Origin: a phage
Direction: 5' to 3' (one strand)
Sequence record: PZ445411.1
DNA: 51,129 nt
Every line of letters begins with the position of its first letter. Within the stretch, counting starts at the first letter, position 1. The translations under genes and the position numbers were made by a program. The notes under the pieces were generated by a model. It did no database searches. It saw only the letters and a list, made by a program, of their open reading frames with translations, and was not told the origin of the DNA. Shown in pieces: positions 29,215 to 38,519 of the stretch.

Positions 29215-29247
29215 ACACGCCAAATGGCATTACTCAAAGGTTTTAGA

Positions 29248-31287
29248 ATGATTCCAAACATTGAAAAGCAAATATCAGCACTTGGTGAAGCGGTAATTAA
29301 ATCCATACAGGATCGATTCACTGTTGGCGATATTGTTCCTTACCCTTACCAGTGCGTTGCATACGCTGAGATCGCAAAGCGTATGAAAAATTATGAGCAT
29401 CCATTCTTTGTTAAAGCGTCCGTATCGGCTGGCAAAACATTGATGTTTGCAATGGTTGCTCACCAGTGCCGGAAAATGGGGTTAAAAATGATGGTCCTTG
29501 CTCGCCAGGCTGAGATTGTGGATCAGGATTCTGAAGAGATAACAAATCTTGGCGTGCCGAACTCAATCTATTGTGCAGGACTGAAGACAAAAAGCGCATA
29601 CTTTCCGATTGTTGTTGGTTCTGAGGGCACTGTAGTTAATGGGCTGTTTAAAGCGCTTGGCGACTATGTTCCGCACGTTATCGGGATTGACGAGTGTCAC
29701 CAGGTGGATTGGGAAGACCTTGCCGACGCCATAGAGAAAGACGAATCATTTTTACAAATGACAACGAAGAAAGGCGAAAAAGTACCAAATCCAGATTATG
29801 ACATAACGAGCGATAACGAATGCGAAGAGTTCCTGATTGGTGAGGATGGCTTACCAATGGAGGGAACAGGCCGCACGCAATACACTGTCATTATCATGGA
29901 AATGATGCGACGTTGCAGGAAAGCATATGGTCATGAACTGCGCATCTTTGGTATGACTGGTTCGGAGTTTCGCGGAGTAGTCCCGATCCTGGTAGAAGAC
30001 AAAAAACAGAAAGGATTCTGGCGTGAACAGGTTACTAATATTGACACCAACTACCTGATCAAATTCGGTTCTGTTGTGCCAACAAATTTTGGCGACGTTG
30101 GCGATCTAGGGTATGACCTTTCAGAGTTTGAGGCATCCAGCGAGGATGGCGTTGCAGACTTTGACGCTAAAACGCTTCGCAGGATGGAACAAAAAATTCA
30201 TGAAGAAGCTACCATGACAAAGCGCATCATGGAGAAAGTGCACGAGATCTGTAAAAACCGTAACGGCGTACTTGTGACATGCGCAGGAGAAAGGCACTGT
30301 AAAGAGGCAGCGGCAGCGTTGCCACCTGGAACGACTTACAGGATCATTACTGGTAAGACTGGCGATAACCAGCGCAAGGAGTGGTTGAAGGAAGCATACG
30401 AAGGGAAGGTAAAATACATATTCCAGGTGCAGGCGCTAACAACTGGCGTTAACGTTCCGTTTTGGGATACATCTGTCATTCTGCGCAAGATTGGATCGCT
30501 AACTTTGCTGATTCAGCTTTTAGGTCGCGGAATGCGACTACTTAAGAAGTGGCATAAGGAGCAAGGATTCAAGAAAGATGATCACCTCGTTATGGATTTT
30601 TCAGGAACGATGGATGAGTTAGGGGAGCTTTATTTTGATCCGATACTGGAGCAGGCGCAACATCAGAAGCGATTCAGGAACGGTAAAGATCCGAAGCCGT
30701 GCCCTATTTGCGGAACTCTTAACAGCTATTATGCTCGTCGTTGTATGCACGTAGACGAAAACGGAAACAGATGTGAGTGGTTCTTTAAATTCAGGACATG
30801 TGATGATCAGATTGACCCGCGCACTAAAAAGATTATTCAGCGCGGTTGCGGAACGAAGAATGATATTGCGGCCAGGGTATGCAGACATTGCGACATGTCA
30901 TTGATTGACCCTAACGAGAAGTTGAGCGGAAAGCACTACACAAAAAATGACTGGTTCAAGGTGCAATCTTTCTCGGTTGACATGACGAAAAACCAGAAAG
31001 GGATAATATTTAATTATGAGCTTTCCGATGGCATAGACACTTTCAGGGCGAGAGAGATATTTTTCCCTGAATCTGAGAGCCAAATTTGCCGCGCAAAATG
31101 GCGAAGCGTTGCTCTTAAGCACATACCGGATCGCCGTGTTGCTGGCATGGTGGCGAGCTATCGTAATGCACGAAAAATAATGCAATATGTGAATCACATC
31201 ATGCCACCATCGCGTGTGACTCACCGCAAGACTAGCAAGGGAGAAGATAATTTGTACAAGAAGGAGTTTAATTATGGCAATGACTGA
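29248..31287 (+). CDS. SF2 DEAD/DEAH-type helicase
   Basis: Walker A SVSAGKT, DECH box, motif VI QLLGRGMR; C-terminal Cys clusters; start chosen at 29248 (RBS AAAGG) rather than the track start 29182. Confidence 0.75.
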   Translation: MIPNIEKQISALGEAVIKSIQDRFTVGDIVPYPYQCVAYAEIAKRMKNYEHPFFVKASVSAGKTLMFAMVAHQCRKMGLKMMVLARQAEIVDQDSEEITNLGVPNSIYCAGLKTKSAYFPIVVGSEGTVVNGLFKALGDYVPHVIGIDECHQVDWEDLADAIEKDESFLQMTTKKGEKVPNPDYDITSDNECEEFLIGEDGLPMEGTGRTQYTVIIMEMMRRCRKAYGHELRIFGMTGSEFRGVVPILVEDKKQKGFWREQVTNIDTNYLIKFGSVVPTNFGDVGDLGYDLSEFEASSEDGVADFDAKTLRRMEQKIHEEATMTKRIMEKVHEICKNRNGVLVTCAGERHCKEAAAALPPGTTYRIITGKTGDNQRKEWLKEAYEGKVKYIFQVQALTTGVNVPFWDTSVILRKIGSLTLLIQLLGRGMRLLKKWHKEQGFKKDDHLVMDFSGTMDELGELYFDPILEQAQHQKRFRNGKDPKPCPICGTLNSYYARRCMHVDENGNRCEWFFKFRTCDDQIDPRTKKIIQRGCGTKNDIAARVCRHCDMSLIDPNEKLSGKHYTKNDWFKVQSFSVDMTKNQKGIIFNYELSDGIDTFRAREIFFPESESQICRAKWRSVALKHIPDRRVAGMVASYRNARKIMQYVNHIMPPSRVTHRKTSKGEDNLYKKEFNYGND

Positions 31288-31693
31288 TAAAGGCGATTAT
31301 CTGGAGTTTTACGAAAGAGATCCGACGGATACGCTAAAGGAGGAATCACACCAGATCGGGGCGTTTCAATGGTTAACTTATGCTCATCCTGAATTTCTTG
31401 CCTGGCATACGAAAAACGAGGGCGACAAGGGGATCGCCACCGCAATGATGGATCAGCAAGCAGGACTCGTTAAGGGCGTAAGTGATTTTATCATCCTGAT
31501 TGGATTAAAAGGCCGTTATCCGTTTGCAGCAATTGAGATGAAGCGCGTCAATAAGTCTGGAAAGGGCAAGGCTTCACCAGTCAGTAAGGAGCAAAAAGCC
31601 TTCTTACGCCGTGTGCGCGAGCTTGGCGGATTCGCTGCCGTAACATACGGATATAAGCAATTCATGATCGCTGTAGAATACATGATGAAATAG
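31274..31693 (+). CDS. VRR-NUC domain nuclease
   Basis: 139 aa; RBS AAGGAG; PD-(D/E)XK-like D...EMK arrangement (SDFIIL...AAIEMKRV). Confidence 0.55.
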   Translation: MAMTDKGDYLEFYERDPTDTLKEESHQIGAFQWLTYAHPEFLAWHTKNEGDKGIATAMMDQQAGLVKGVSDFIILIGLKGRYPFAAIEMKRVNKSGKGKASPVSKEQKAFLRRVRELGGFAAVTYGYKQFMIAVEYMMK

Positions 31694-31733
31694 CACTTTT
31701 TGTTAAAACAGGCGCGAAGGATTGCGCCATAAT
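31691..31733 (+). promoter_or_regulatory. conserved box + hairpin + CATAAT cassette
   Basis: TAGCACTTTTTGTTAAAAC (TAG is the VRR-NUC stop), hairpin GGCGCGAAGGATTGCGCC, CATAAT 22 nt after TTGTTA. Confidence 0.5.
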
Positions 31734-31767
31734 AACACCAGTTCAACAAGCAACAGGTAATTAAGAA

Positions 31768-32469
31768 ATGAGCAAAGAAACCGAAGTGACATTTGAACAA
31801 ATCGAACGAGAAACATTCATTGGCAATGCTCTTGCTACAGGAGGCTATTACCAGGCTGTTAAACCAAATAAATATTATAAGGTAACTGGCAACAGATATA
31901 ACGGCAGCAATACGCCGGACGTTGTGCGAGATTTGTGGTCTACGCCGTCTGAGCTTGTCGCATGGATGGAAATCGAATACGGTGATTATGACATCGACGC
32001 GGCGGCAAGCAAAGAAAATGCTGTATGTGAAAAATTCTACAGCAAGGAAACAAATTGCTTAAAGCGTTGGTGGGGTAGTAATAAGCATATCTGGCTGAAT
32101 CCACCGTACAGTAATATAACGCCTTTCGTTAAGAAAGCGATTGAGCAAATGGAGCACAATAACCAGATCGACATTCTGTTACCTTGCGACACATCTACAG
32201 GATGGTTTTATGAGGCACAACAGAAAGCAGCGGAAATCATCTGGATCACTGGCGAAGTTTACCAGGAGGAAGGAATAGAATATTCCAGAACTGGACGGCT
32301 TGCTTTCACTTCAGCGCTTACAGGTAAACCAGTGCAGGGAAACAACAAAGGAAGCGTTATTTTCATCATGCGCGAACTTAAAGAAGGTGAGCAGCAGAAA
32401 ACTCGATACGTTAAGATCAGCGACATTTGCCCGTCAGTGGCAGAGCGTCGAGCAAGAAAGCGGAGTTAA
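31768..32469 (+). CDS. DNA N6-adenine methyltransferase (Dam-like)
   Basis: 233 aa; catalytic NPPY motif (WLNPPYSN); no adjacent restriction endonuclease gene. Confidence 0.75.
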   Translation: MSKETEVTFEQIERETFIGNALATGGYYQAVKPNKYYKVTGNRYNGSNTPDVVRDLWSTPSELVAWMEIEYGDYDIDAAASKENAVCEKFYSKETNCLKRWWGSNKHIWLNPPYSNITPFVKKAIEQMEHNNQIDILLPCDTSTGWFYEAQQKAAEIIWITGEVYQEEGIEYSRTGRLAFTSALTGKPVQGNNKGSVIFIMRELKEGEQQKTRYVKISDICPSVAERRARKRS

Positions 32470-32473
32470 TATC

Positions 32474-32713
32474 ATGCAGAAAGAAAGAAGCGTTTATTTA
32501 AATGAAACTGGAGAGTGGTTGTTATTTCGCGCTATGGTTTGCGAGGCGCTTGATAAAAACGAGTTCATAAAACCGCTATTAGGTTGTGATCCGTGGGAGT
32601 TTACAAGCGCGCTTGACATGAGCTTTGAGGAAACAAGAAAACTACCGCTTGAAAAATGGCATGAGCAGATCGGTAAAGACTTGCAAGAGTTTTACGAATC
32701 CGCGACAAAATAG
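32474..32713 (+). CDS. hypothetical protein
   Basis: 79 aa from ATG 32474; stop codon TAG is the first triplet of a conserved box. Confidence 0.45.
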   Translation: MQKERSVYLNETGEWLLFRAMVCEALDKNEFIKPLLGCDPWEFTSALDMSFEETRKLPLEKWHEQIGKDLQEFYESATK

Positions 32714-32753
32714 CACTTTTTGTTAAAACGCCCGGCCTTGTGTCGGGCATAAT
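32711..32753 (+). promoter_or_regulatory. conserved box + hairpin + CATAAT cassette
   Basis: TAGCACTTTTTGTTAAAAC, hairpin GCCCGGCCTTGTGTCGGGC, CATAAT at 32748-32753. Confidence 0.5.
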
Positions 32754-32785
32754 TATTTCATCAAAACGAACAAGAGGAAAACAAA

Positions 32786-32965
32786 ATGGTTGTTTACGAT
32801 CCACGCGCTTTTAAAATTGCCCAAGAAGTTTCACGCGAATCTGTTGCTGGCGGTTCTGTTAACGGCTATCAGTTTGATTGGTCGGCAGCAATGACCTTGC
32901 TTAAGGTTGCATATGGTCACGCACCAATTGAAACAGCGGAGGAATATTATAAGCATGAAGGTTGA
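32786..32965 (+). CDS. hypothetical small protein
   Basis: 59 aa, below the ORF-track size cutoff; RBS AAGAGGAAAACAAA-ATG. Confidence 0.35.
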   Translation: MVVYDPRAFKIAQEVSRESVAGGSVNGYQFDWSAAMTLLKVAYGHAPIETAEEYYKHEG

Positions 32966-33197
32966 ACAAGGTAGGCAGGCTGTATGGGATCACGCAAAGG
33001 AATGCGGGATCGCAGAAGACATATCCAGGATAGCGAAATATTTTGATATTGCTGACATAAGCATTATCAGCGGCGACAAAATGACATTTCTCAATGAACG
33101 ACCGCGCAAGATGCATCGCGTCCCAGCAATACCAACAAAGATTGATTTCAAAGAGGCTATGGCGAAAATTCGCGAGCCGCGCAAATACTACAAATGA
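32955..33197 (+). CDS. hypothetical protein
   Basis: 80 aa from ATG 32955 with RBS GGAGGAA. Confidence 0.4.
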   Translation: MKVEQGRQAVWDHAKECGIAEDISRIAKYFDIADISIISGDKMTFLNERPRKMHRVPAIPTKIDFKEAMAKIREPRKYYK

Positions 33198-33295
33198 GGA
33201 TTATTATCATGTGGCGTTTGTTACTTTTGCCCTTACCTGTTATGATGGCGATCTCTATTGTATACGTTGTCATAATGAGATAAGGAGAATTTTTG

Positions 33296-34411
33296 ATGAA
33301 GCAAATCAAAATCACAGATGAACAATTTATCAATGAGCGCAAGCAGGGAAAGACATATAAGCAGATCGCTAATGAGTATGGCATGAACGTTCGCAGCATT
33401 GAGCGCCGCGCGGCAAGATTAGCAAAGCAAGGTAAAGTTACAACCATCGGATCACCTGGTTTTGGTGTTACTGGAGAATCAAAGCTAATTGATAAAGATG
33501 GCAATGTGGTTATGACATGGATTAAGACAAGCAAGGACCGCGAACAGTTAGAAGCATTAATGCAGGCCGCTATGGATGCATTTAGCGAAGAAGTTCCGCG
33601 ACTTGATCCACAGCCAGAATCACAAAAGGATTATAGCGAGACGTTATCACTGTATCCGATATTTGACATGCACTTGGGCGCAATGGCGCATAAGCATGAA
33701 TGCGGCGAGAATTGGGATACAGCAACAGCAGAGCGCGTAATGAATAATTTCATTGATTATTCCATCCAGTGCGCGCCGGATAGTGAAAAGGCTGTTTTGC
33801 TGATTGGTGGTGATATGCTTCACAGCGACGGACTGGAAGCGGTAACGCCTGCAAGCGGTCACGTATTAGATCAAGATAGTCGATATGCAAAACTTGTTTA
33901 TGTTGCTATCCGGTCGGTTCGTCGAGCAATTACAAAGCTGTTATCAAAACACAAAAACGTCGAGATCCAAATCATTGAAGGCAACCACGACCAAAGCGGT
34001 ATGATCTGGTTGCGCGCAGCAATGGCGGCAGCATATGAGAATGAGCCGCGAGTGCATGTTGATGTGTCTCCGCGAGTAGTTCATCACACACAATATGGCA
34101 AAACGTTCCTGGCATACCATCACGGGCATACTATCCGCAAACCTGAAACATTGCTCATGATGTGCGCGGCAGACTGGCGCGAAGATTTCGGCAATTCAAA
34201 AATGATGTATGCTCACGTAGGGCACTGGCATCATCAGACAGTAACTGAAACAAGCCTGGGCATTGTTGAAGTGCATAGCACTATGGCGGCAAAAGATGCA
34301 TATGCGGCGCGCGGTGGATGGCGTTCTCGTCGCCGTGCGGCTGTTATTGTTTACGATAAAGAATACGGCGAAGTCGGGCGATTTATGCATTATCCAGAAA
34401 TGGCTGATTGA
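33296..34411 (+). CDS. metallophosphoesterase-like protein with N-terminal HTH
   Basis: 371 aa, RBS AAGGAG; N-terminal HTH-like YKQIANEYGMNVRSIERR; phosphoesterase-like motifs DMH, GGDMLHSD, GNHD, HWHH. Confidence 0.5.
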   Translation: MKQIKITDEQFINERKQGKTYKQIANEYGMNVRSIERRAARLAKQGKVTTIGSPGFGVTGESKLIDKDGNVVMTWIKTSKDREQLEALMQAAMDAFSEEVPRLDPQPESQKDYSETLSLYPIFDMHLGAMAHKHECGENWDTATAERVMNNFIDYSIQCAPDSEKAVLLIGGDMLHSDGLEAVTPASGHVLDQDSRYAKLVYVAIRSVRRAITKLLSKHKNVEIQIIEGNHDQSGMIWLRAAMAAAYENEPRVHVDVSPRVVHHTQYGKTFLAYHHGHTIRKPETLLMMCAADWREDFGNSKMMYAHVGHWHHQTVTETSLGIVEVHSTMAAKDAYAARGGWRSRRRAAVIVYDKEYGEVGRFMHYPEMAD

Positions 34412-34454
34412 ACTTTTAATCATTAAAATATAAATATAAATCATCAATTTAATT

Positions 34455-34485
34455 GGGCGACGCATTTTGCTTCGCCCTTTTTTTA
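34455..34485 (+). terminator. rho-independent terminator upstream of lysis cassette
   Basis: GGGCGA...TCGCCC hairpin then T7. Confidence 0.65.
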
Positions 34486-34557
34486 TTCCTTTTTGTTCGT
34501 TCAATGGTTAGGATACAATCAATTAATTGTTGACTTTTATTTACAGGAGATCTAATC

Positions 34558-34773
34558 ATGAAAGATTTTTTAAACGCTGCAACTTCAGGCACTGGCGGAG
34601 CGTCAATCACTGGCGCGGTAACTGGTCAAACAACTATTGCAATAGCCAGCTTCGTTTTGATGGCTGCATTTGGTATGTGGGGCGCTTATCTTCGTTGGCG
34701 TGATAGTAAGGCGCTACGTGACGCGCTTGAGTGCGGTGATATTAAGAAAGCTATTGAAATCAGGGGTAAATAA
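34558..34773 (+). CDS. holin
   Basis: 71 aa; one hydrophobic TM segment and charged C-terminus; RBS AGGAG; directly upstream of lysozyme. Confidence 0.55.
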   Translation: MKDFLNAATSGTGGASITGAVTGQTTIAIASFVLMAAFGMWGAYLRWRDSKALRDALECGDIKKAIEIRGK

Positions 34774-35261
34774 TGAGCATAAAACAAAGAGTGACCGCTG
34801 CGGCTTTTGGCGTTGCTCTTGCTCTTACTTCTCCATTACTGGAGGAAATAGAAGGAGTAAAATATAAGCCGTACAAAGATATTGCTGGAATATGGACGGT
34901 TTGCGCCGGAATAACTGGATCTGACGTAATACCAGGTAAGACGTACACGAAGAGAGAATGCGATGCGCTACTGGCAAAGCATATCAAGATCGCAAAGGAT
35001 GAAGTTGATAAGCGTGTGAATGTTGATATTCCTGATACAATGCGCGCGGCAATGTATTCATTCACATACAATGCTGGCACTGGTGCTTTTAGAAATTCAA
35101 CCATGCTTAAGCTGATTAATAACGGTCGTTATATGGAAGCGTGCAATCAGTTATGGCGATGGACAAAATACACCAATCCAAAAACAGGAAAGAAAGAAAC
35201 GTCTAAAGGACTGCGCAACCGCCGCGCTGTGGAATTTAAATATTGCATTAAGGATCTGTAA
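34773..35261 (+). CDS. endolysin (T4-type lysozyme)
   Basis: 162 aa; catalytic E-x8-D-x5-T arrangement ([16 protein letters not shown]); start overlaps holin stop. Confidence 0.8.
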   Translation: MSIKQRVTAAAFGVALALTSPLLEEIEGVKYKPYKDIAGIWTVCAGITGSDVIPGKTYTKRECDALLAKHIKIAKDEVDKRVNVDIPDTMRAAMYSFTYNAGTGAFRNSTMLKLINNGRYMEACNQLWRWTKYTNPKTGKKETSKGLRNRRAVEFKYCIKDL

Positions 35262-35263
35262 TT

Positions 35264-35662
35264 ATGAGAAAGTTATCAGTAATCGCGATCGCTGTTATCT
35301 TGTCTGGATGTTCAAGCGTTACGCCACTGACCGGATTGATAGGAAACAAGCCTGAGATAACAGCACAGGCAGGAGCGGAGAACGTAAAACAGACCGTCGG
35401 CCTGACAGCAAAACAGGACGCCAGCACAAAACAGGATACGACAATTAAAGAGTCGAAAGTTGACACTGTTGATACTTCAAACAAAAAGGAGATCAGAACG
35501 TCAACCATTCAGGCTAACACCATCAAGGCTGATAAAATCCAGGTGGTACAGGGTGAGCAAGGTAAGTGGTACGATCCTATAATATATTGCGCTGCAATTT
35601 TTAGTGGTCTTTTGTTAATGACTTACTTTTCCTACCGCAAAGGCAACAAAAAGGAGGCTTAA
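35264..35662 (+). CDS. unimolecular spanin (u-spanin)
   Basis: 132 aa; N-terminal lipoprotein signal (LSGCSS) plus C-terminal TM helix, the architecture described for T1 gp11. Confidence 0.65.
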   Translation: MRKLSVIAIAVILSGCSSVTPLTGLIGNKPEITAQAGAENVKQTVGLTAKQDASTKQDTTIKESKVDTVDTSNKKEIRTSTIQANTIKADKIQVVQGEQGKWYDPIIYCAAIFSGLLLMTYFSYRKGNKKEA

Positions 35663-35676
35663 CGCCTCCTTTGTTA
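35645..35676. terminator. bidirectional hairpin between convergent spanin gene (+) and minus-strand block
   Basis: AAGGAGGC-ttaac-GCCTCCTT; both convergent stop codons fall in or beside the hairpin. Confidence 0.5.
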
Positions 35677-35868
35677 TTCAATTCTCTTTACAGTAACCAA
35701 CAAAACGCCGTCCTCATCACACAAATTATGCTCTGATATGTTAAACGCTCGCATGTCAGAATGAATTAGCGTTAACATTGCGTGCATGAAGTCGTCATGT
35801 GAGATTGAACTTACGGCGCAGAACTTCAATATTTTGTCTATTAGCATTTGACGTAAACAATTCTTCAT
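35674..35868 (-). CDS. hypothetical protein (possible 3' part of a frameshifted gene)
   Basis: 64 aa; overlaps ORF 35795-36187 by 74 nt in another frame. Confidence 0.3.
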   Translation of the reverse strand: MKNCLRQMLIDKILKFCAVSSISHDDFMHAMLTLIHSDMRAFNISEHNLCDEDGVLLVTVKRIE

Positions 35869-36187
35869 CGCTCATTTCTCCGATCCGTAAAACATCCCTT
35901 ACCCATTCGTTTTGCATACCATCCAGGCTGTAAAGTTCAAACGAGAAAGGGCGATTTGCTGATCCTTTCTTACACCAGAACTTTCCACCAACTCCATCAA
36001 GATAACCAGCGGTCATCATTCTTGCGCAAAACTCTTTTGAAACGGCAGTAGCAAACATTCTCGGCGTAAATCCTGCGGCCCTTGCTAGCCGCTCACATTC
36101 TCTATGCTGAAAGATAAATTTTGCTATATGTTGACGCGTAAACCATTCGAATGACTCACACCAGCGATACAGATCCAGAAGAAACAT
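35795..36187 (-). CDS. hypothetical protein
   Basis: 130 aa; ATG 2 nt after the upstream stop (TAATTATG). Confidence 0.4.
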   Translation of the reverse strand: MFLLDLYRWCESFEWFTRQHIAKFIFQHRECERLARAAGFTPRMFATAVSKEFCARMMTAGYLDGVGGKFWCKKGSANRPFSFELYSLDGMQNEWVRDVLRIGEMSDEELFTSNANRQNIEVLRRKFNLT

Positions 36188-36189
36188 AA

Positions 36190-37773
36190 TTACCCCAGCA
36201 ATGTTGGATTTACGAAAACAACGCCATTAATCACACAAATATAATTTCTTTCTTCAAGCATCGGCAGCAGTTGCGTTTCCATACGCTTCATTACGCCAGC
36301 CTGACCAACAAACGGCTTAACTTTTCGTGCTGCCTCATATATGGCGCGCACATTCAGGATTCCCTTATTAGCCTTGCCGTGTCGAGTGATTATCTCGATT
36401 AGTTTACCCATTTCAGCATCATCACCAGCGTAGCCAGAAGCGTTGGCGGCGCTAATGTATGTTTTGCTCAACTCGCTAAACATCAACAATGCTTCCTGAA
36501 CGGTTTCAACCTCAATCTCTTTCGACTTCTGAGGGTATCCGCCAGGATTAAACCAATTTCGGATAGTGTGCAAAACCGAAGCAATCCTGATCACCTGCTT
36601 ATCCATTTTGCCAAGAGCGCCGCGCAGCATTGTATGCGAATACTTTCCGCCATCAGCAAGGTGCGGCTCCATCTCCTGACGAGCCATGTTAAGAACTCGC
36701 ATTGCTGATTTGCTGATCTTAAGCTGGATGTTTGATTCACTCATGATGTTATGGATCAGCTTGAAATATTGGCTTTTCAGTTCCCCATCAACAGGCTCAT
36801 AAGTAGAATCACCGTTATCATCAACAAACTTTCTACGGCCTAAAAATGATTCCTCACGCACAAGCAAATAACGCTCACTTACACCGATACCGCGCGATCC
36901 TGCATCCATGATGGCATTGATTGTTTCATCCTGGGCAATTACCGCCATACAGCCAAGAGCTTTAAAACTCATATTGTTGTCAGCGTTTGCACGAGCTATA
37001 GAAACATGACCATGATCCCATGCTTTTAGCACAAGTTCGCTGTTGGTTTTACGTTCGCTATTGGCATATGTCAGACCTAAAAGGCTGTTAATACTTGTTG
37101 CCTCGTCTGAAATCACAGCAAAGTTACCCTGGCGATTGTTGATTCTTGCAAGTCCTTCCGGCGTTGTGTCGGACACAGGGAAAACGATGTCACACATCTT
37201 TTCCAGTTTTTCTTCCAGATCTTCTTTCTCCTGGTACAGAGACTCCATATCAGCGCCGGAGCGCTCGCTTTTCATCTCTTTTGCAAGACCTGCCAACTTT
37301 GCCTGAATCTTTTTTCTTTCCTTCTTTCGCTGATCATTAATTCTTTCCACTTCAGCAACCATAGGAGCAAGTGCCAGGCTGTTAACGGCAGATTTACCAG
37401 TTGATGGAGGCTGGCTTGTGACAACGTAAAGAGCGGTTGGTTGATCCGTTCCGTGATACTCAACCGTGAAGCGTCCAAGCATTGCAGCAGATACACAGCC
37501 GATAAAATGCATATATGCCGATGATTCAGGGAATTGAACAGATCGAGCAATGTTTCGCGCCAACTTTCCAACAACATCAACATCATTGCCAAGAGAAATT
37601 ACAGGGTAGCGATCGTTTCCGTTATTAACATCATTAACCTCACCCCAAAAGCTGGACGATTGACGGTATCCGTTAGCCTGAATGGACACGCGCACCGGAG
37701 ACAATCCTTGTGCATCAGCTAATTCGATAATTTGTTTTGGTGTTAGTTTATTGGTTTCAAACGAAAAATTCAT
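36190..37773 (-). CDS. primase/helicase-like replication protein (P-loop)
   Basis: 527 aa from ATG 37773 (RBS AAAGGAG); the longer track start 37827 would overlap a conserved box; P-loop-like SQPPSTGKSA. Confidence 0.5.
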   Translation of the reverse strand: MNFSFETNKLTPKQIIELADAQGLSPVRVSIQANGYRQSSSFWGEVNDVNNGNDRYPVISLGNDVDVVGKLARNIARSVQFPESSAYMHFIGCVSAAMLGRFTVEYHGTDQPTALYVVTSQPPSTGKSAVNSLALAPMVAEVERINDQRKKERKKIQAKLAGLAKEMKSERSGADMESLYQEKEDLEEKLEKMCDIVFPVSDTTPEGLARINNRQGNFAVISDEATSINSLLGLTYANSERKTNSELVLKAWDHGHVSIARANADNNMSFKALGCMAVIAQDETINAIMDAGSRGIGVSERYLLVREESFLGRRKFVDDNGDSTYEPVDGELKSQYFKLIHNIMSESNIQLKISKSAMRVLNMARQEMEPHLADGGKYSHTMLRGALGKMDKQVIRIASVLHTIRNWFNPGGYPQKSKEIEVETVQEALLMFSELSKTYISAANASGYAGDDAEMGKLIEIITRHGKANKGILNVRAIYEAARKVKPFVGQAGVMKRMETQLLPMLEERNYICVINGVVFVNPTLLG

Positions 37774-37800
37774 TGATGATAACTCCTTTTTGATGCGGCA

Positions 37801-37843
37801 ATAATACCGCACCAATGCTACCCGCATTTAACAAAAAATGCTA
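37801..37843 (-). promoter_or_regulatory. conserved box + TATTAT cassette (minus strand)
   Basis: Minus strand TAGCATTTTTTGTTAAATG (TAG is the stop of gene 37841-38062), 22 nt, TATTAT; upstream of primase/helicase-like gene. Confidence 0.5.
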
Positions 37844-38062
37844 TTTTATCCGCTCTATGCTAACTAAGATTTTTTCTGGTTCCTTTGCACTATGGCAATG
37901 CGCGGTTACAGAATCAACAAAATCAAAGTAAAGTGATTTGTGATATGAGAATCCAATCAGCCACCCAACCATCGTTTTCTTTATTGGCCTGACTACATCG
38001 CCAGGCTTGAAGGTTTTTGTTGCTGAATAAGTCACCTTATAGCGATATTCAGTCTTGATCAC
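37841..38062 (-). CDS. hypothetical protein
   Basis: 73 aa; apparent GTG start overlapping upstream stop (GTGA); stop codon TAG is part of a conserved box. Confidence 0.35.
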   Translation of the reverse strand: MIKTEYRYKVTYSATKTFKPGDVVRPIKKTMVGWLIGFSYHKSLYFDFVDSVTAHCHSAKEPEKILVSIERIK

Positions 38063-38445
38063 TTATACATAGCCTCAAACAAATGACAGCCACCAGCGGA
38101 AAACCCTACTTCTTCGCGGTATAGCGTCCAGCGGTCGCCAGCTTCATCAAACACATAACCAGCAACAGCGCCAAGCGCGCGGCCTTGCTCAATCTGGTAG
38201 CGCTTTCCTTCTTTGAAATGCTTTTTACAAGGGATCTTGTGATCTACAAAGGTGCATTTAATTGTTTTTGTCTTGATATGACGATAGTCAGACTCAACAG
38301 CGTTTTGCCACTTACTACCCTTTGTAATGCTCTTTACCTGGAATTGTTCCAACTCGATCACATCATCGCTACCAGCAATTTTTTCGTATACAGCTTTATA
38401 ACGACCGTTCATCAAAACGTTGGTTTTATTGCAGATAACTTTCAT
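38059..38445 (-). CDS. hypothetical protein
   Basis: 128 aa; RBS AAAGGAG; preceded by box, hairpin and CATAAT. Confidence 0.5.
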   Translation of the reverse strand: MKVICNKTNVLMNGRYKAVYEKIAGSDDVIELEQFQVKSITKGSKWQNAVESDYRHIKTKTIKCTFVDHKIPCKKHFKEGKRYQIEQGRALGAVAGYVFDEAGDRWTLYREEVGFSAGGCHLFEAMYK

Positions 38446-38476
38446 CGTTTATTTCTCCTTTCGTTTCGGTGAAGTG

Positions 38477-38519
38477 ATTATGCCAGGCTTTTACACCTGG
38501 CTTTTAACAAAAAGTGCTA
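38477..38519 (-). promoter_or_regulatory. conserved box + hairpin + CATAAT cassette (minus strand)
   Basis: Minus strand TAGCACTTTTTGTTAAAAG (TAG is the Dcm stop), hairpin CCAGGTGTAAAAGCCTGG, CATAAT 22 nt after TTGTTA. Confidence 0.5.

Noticed and set aside
29182-29247. Longer N-terminal extension of the helicase ORF (track start 29182)
   Set aside because: The extension would be translated through the conserved box and -10-like hexamer and lacks an RBS; ATG 29248 has an AAAGG RBS.
37774-37827. Longer start (37827) for the primase/helicase-like gene; likewise 39909 for gene 39619-39846, 40909 for gene 40568-40858 and 44867 for gene 44930-45148
   Set aside because: Each extended start lies inside or upstream of a conserved box cassette and lacks an RBS, whereas the internal ATG has a good Shine-Dalgarno sequence at proper spacing.
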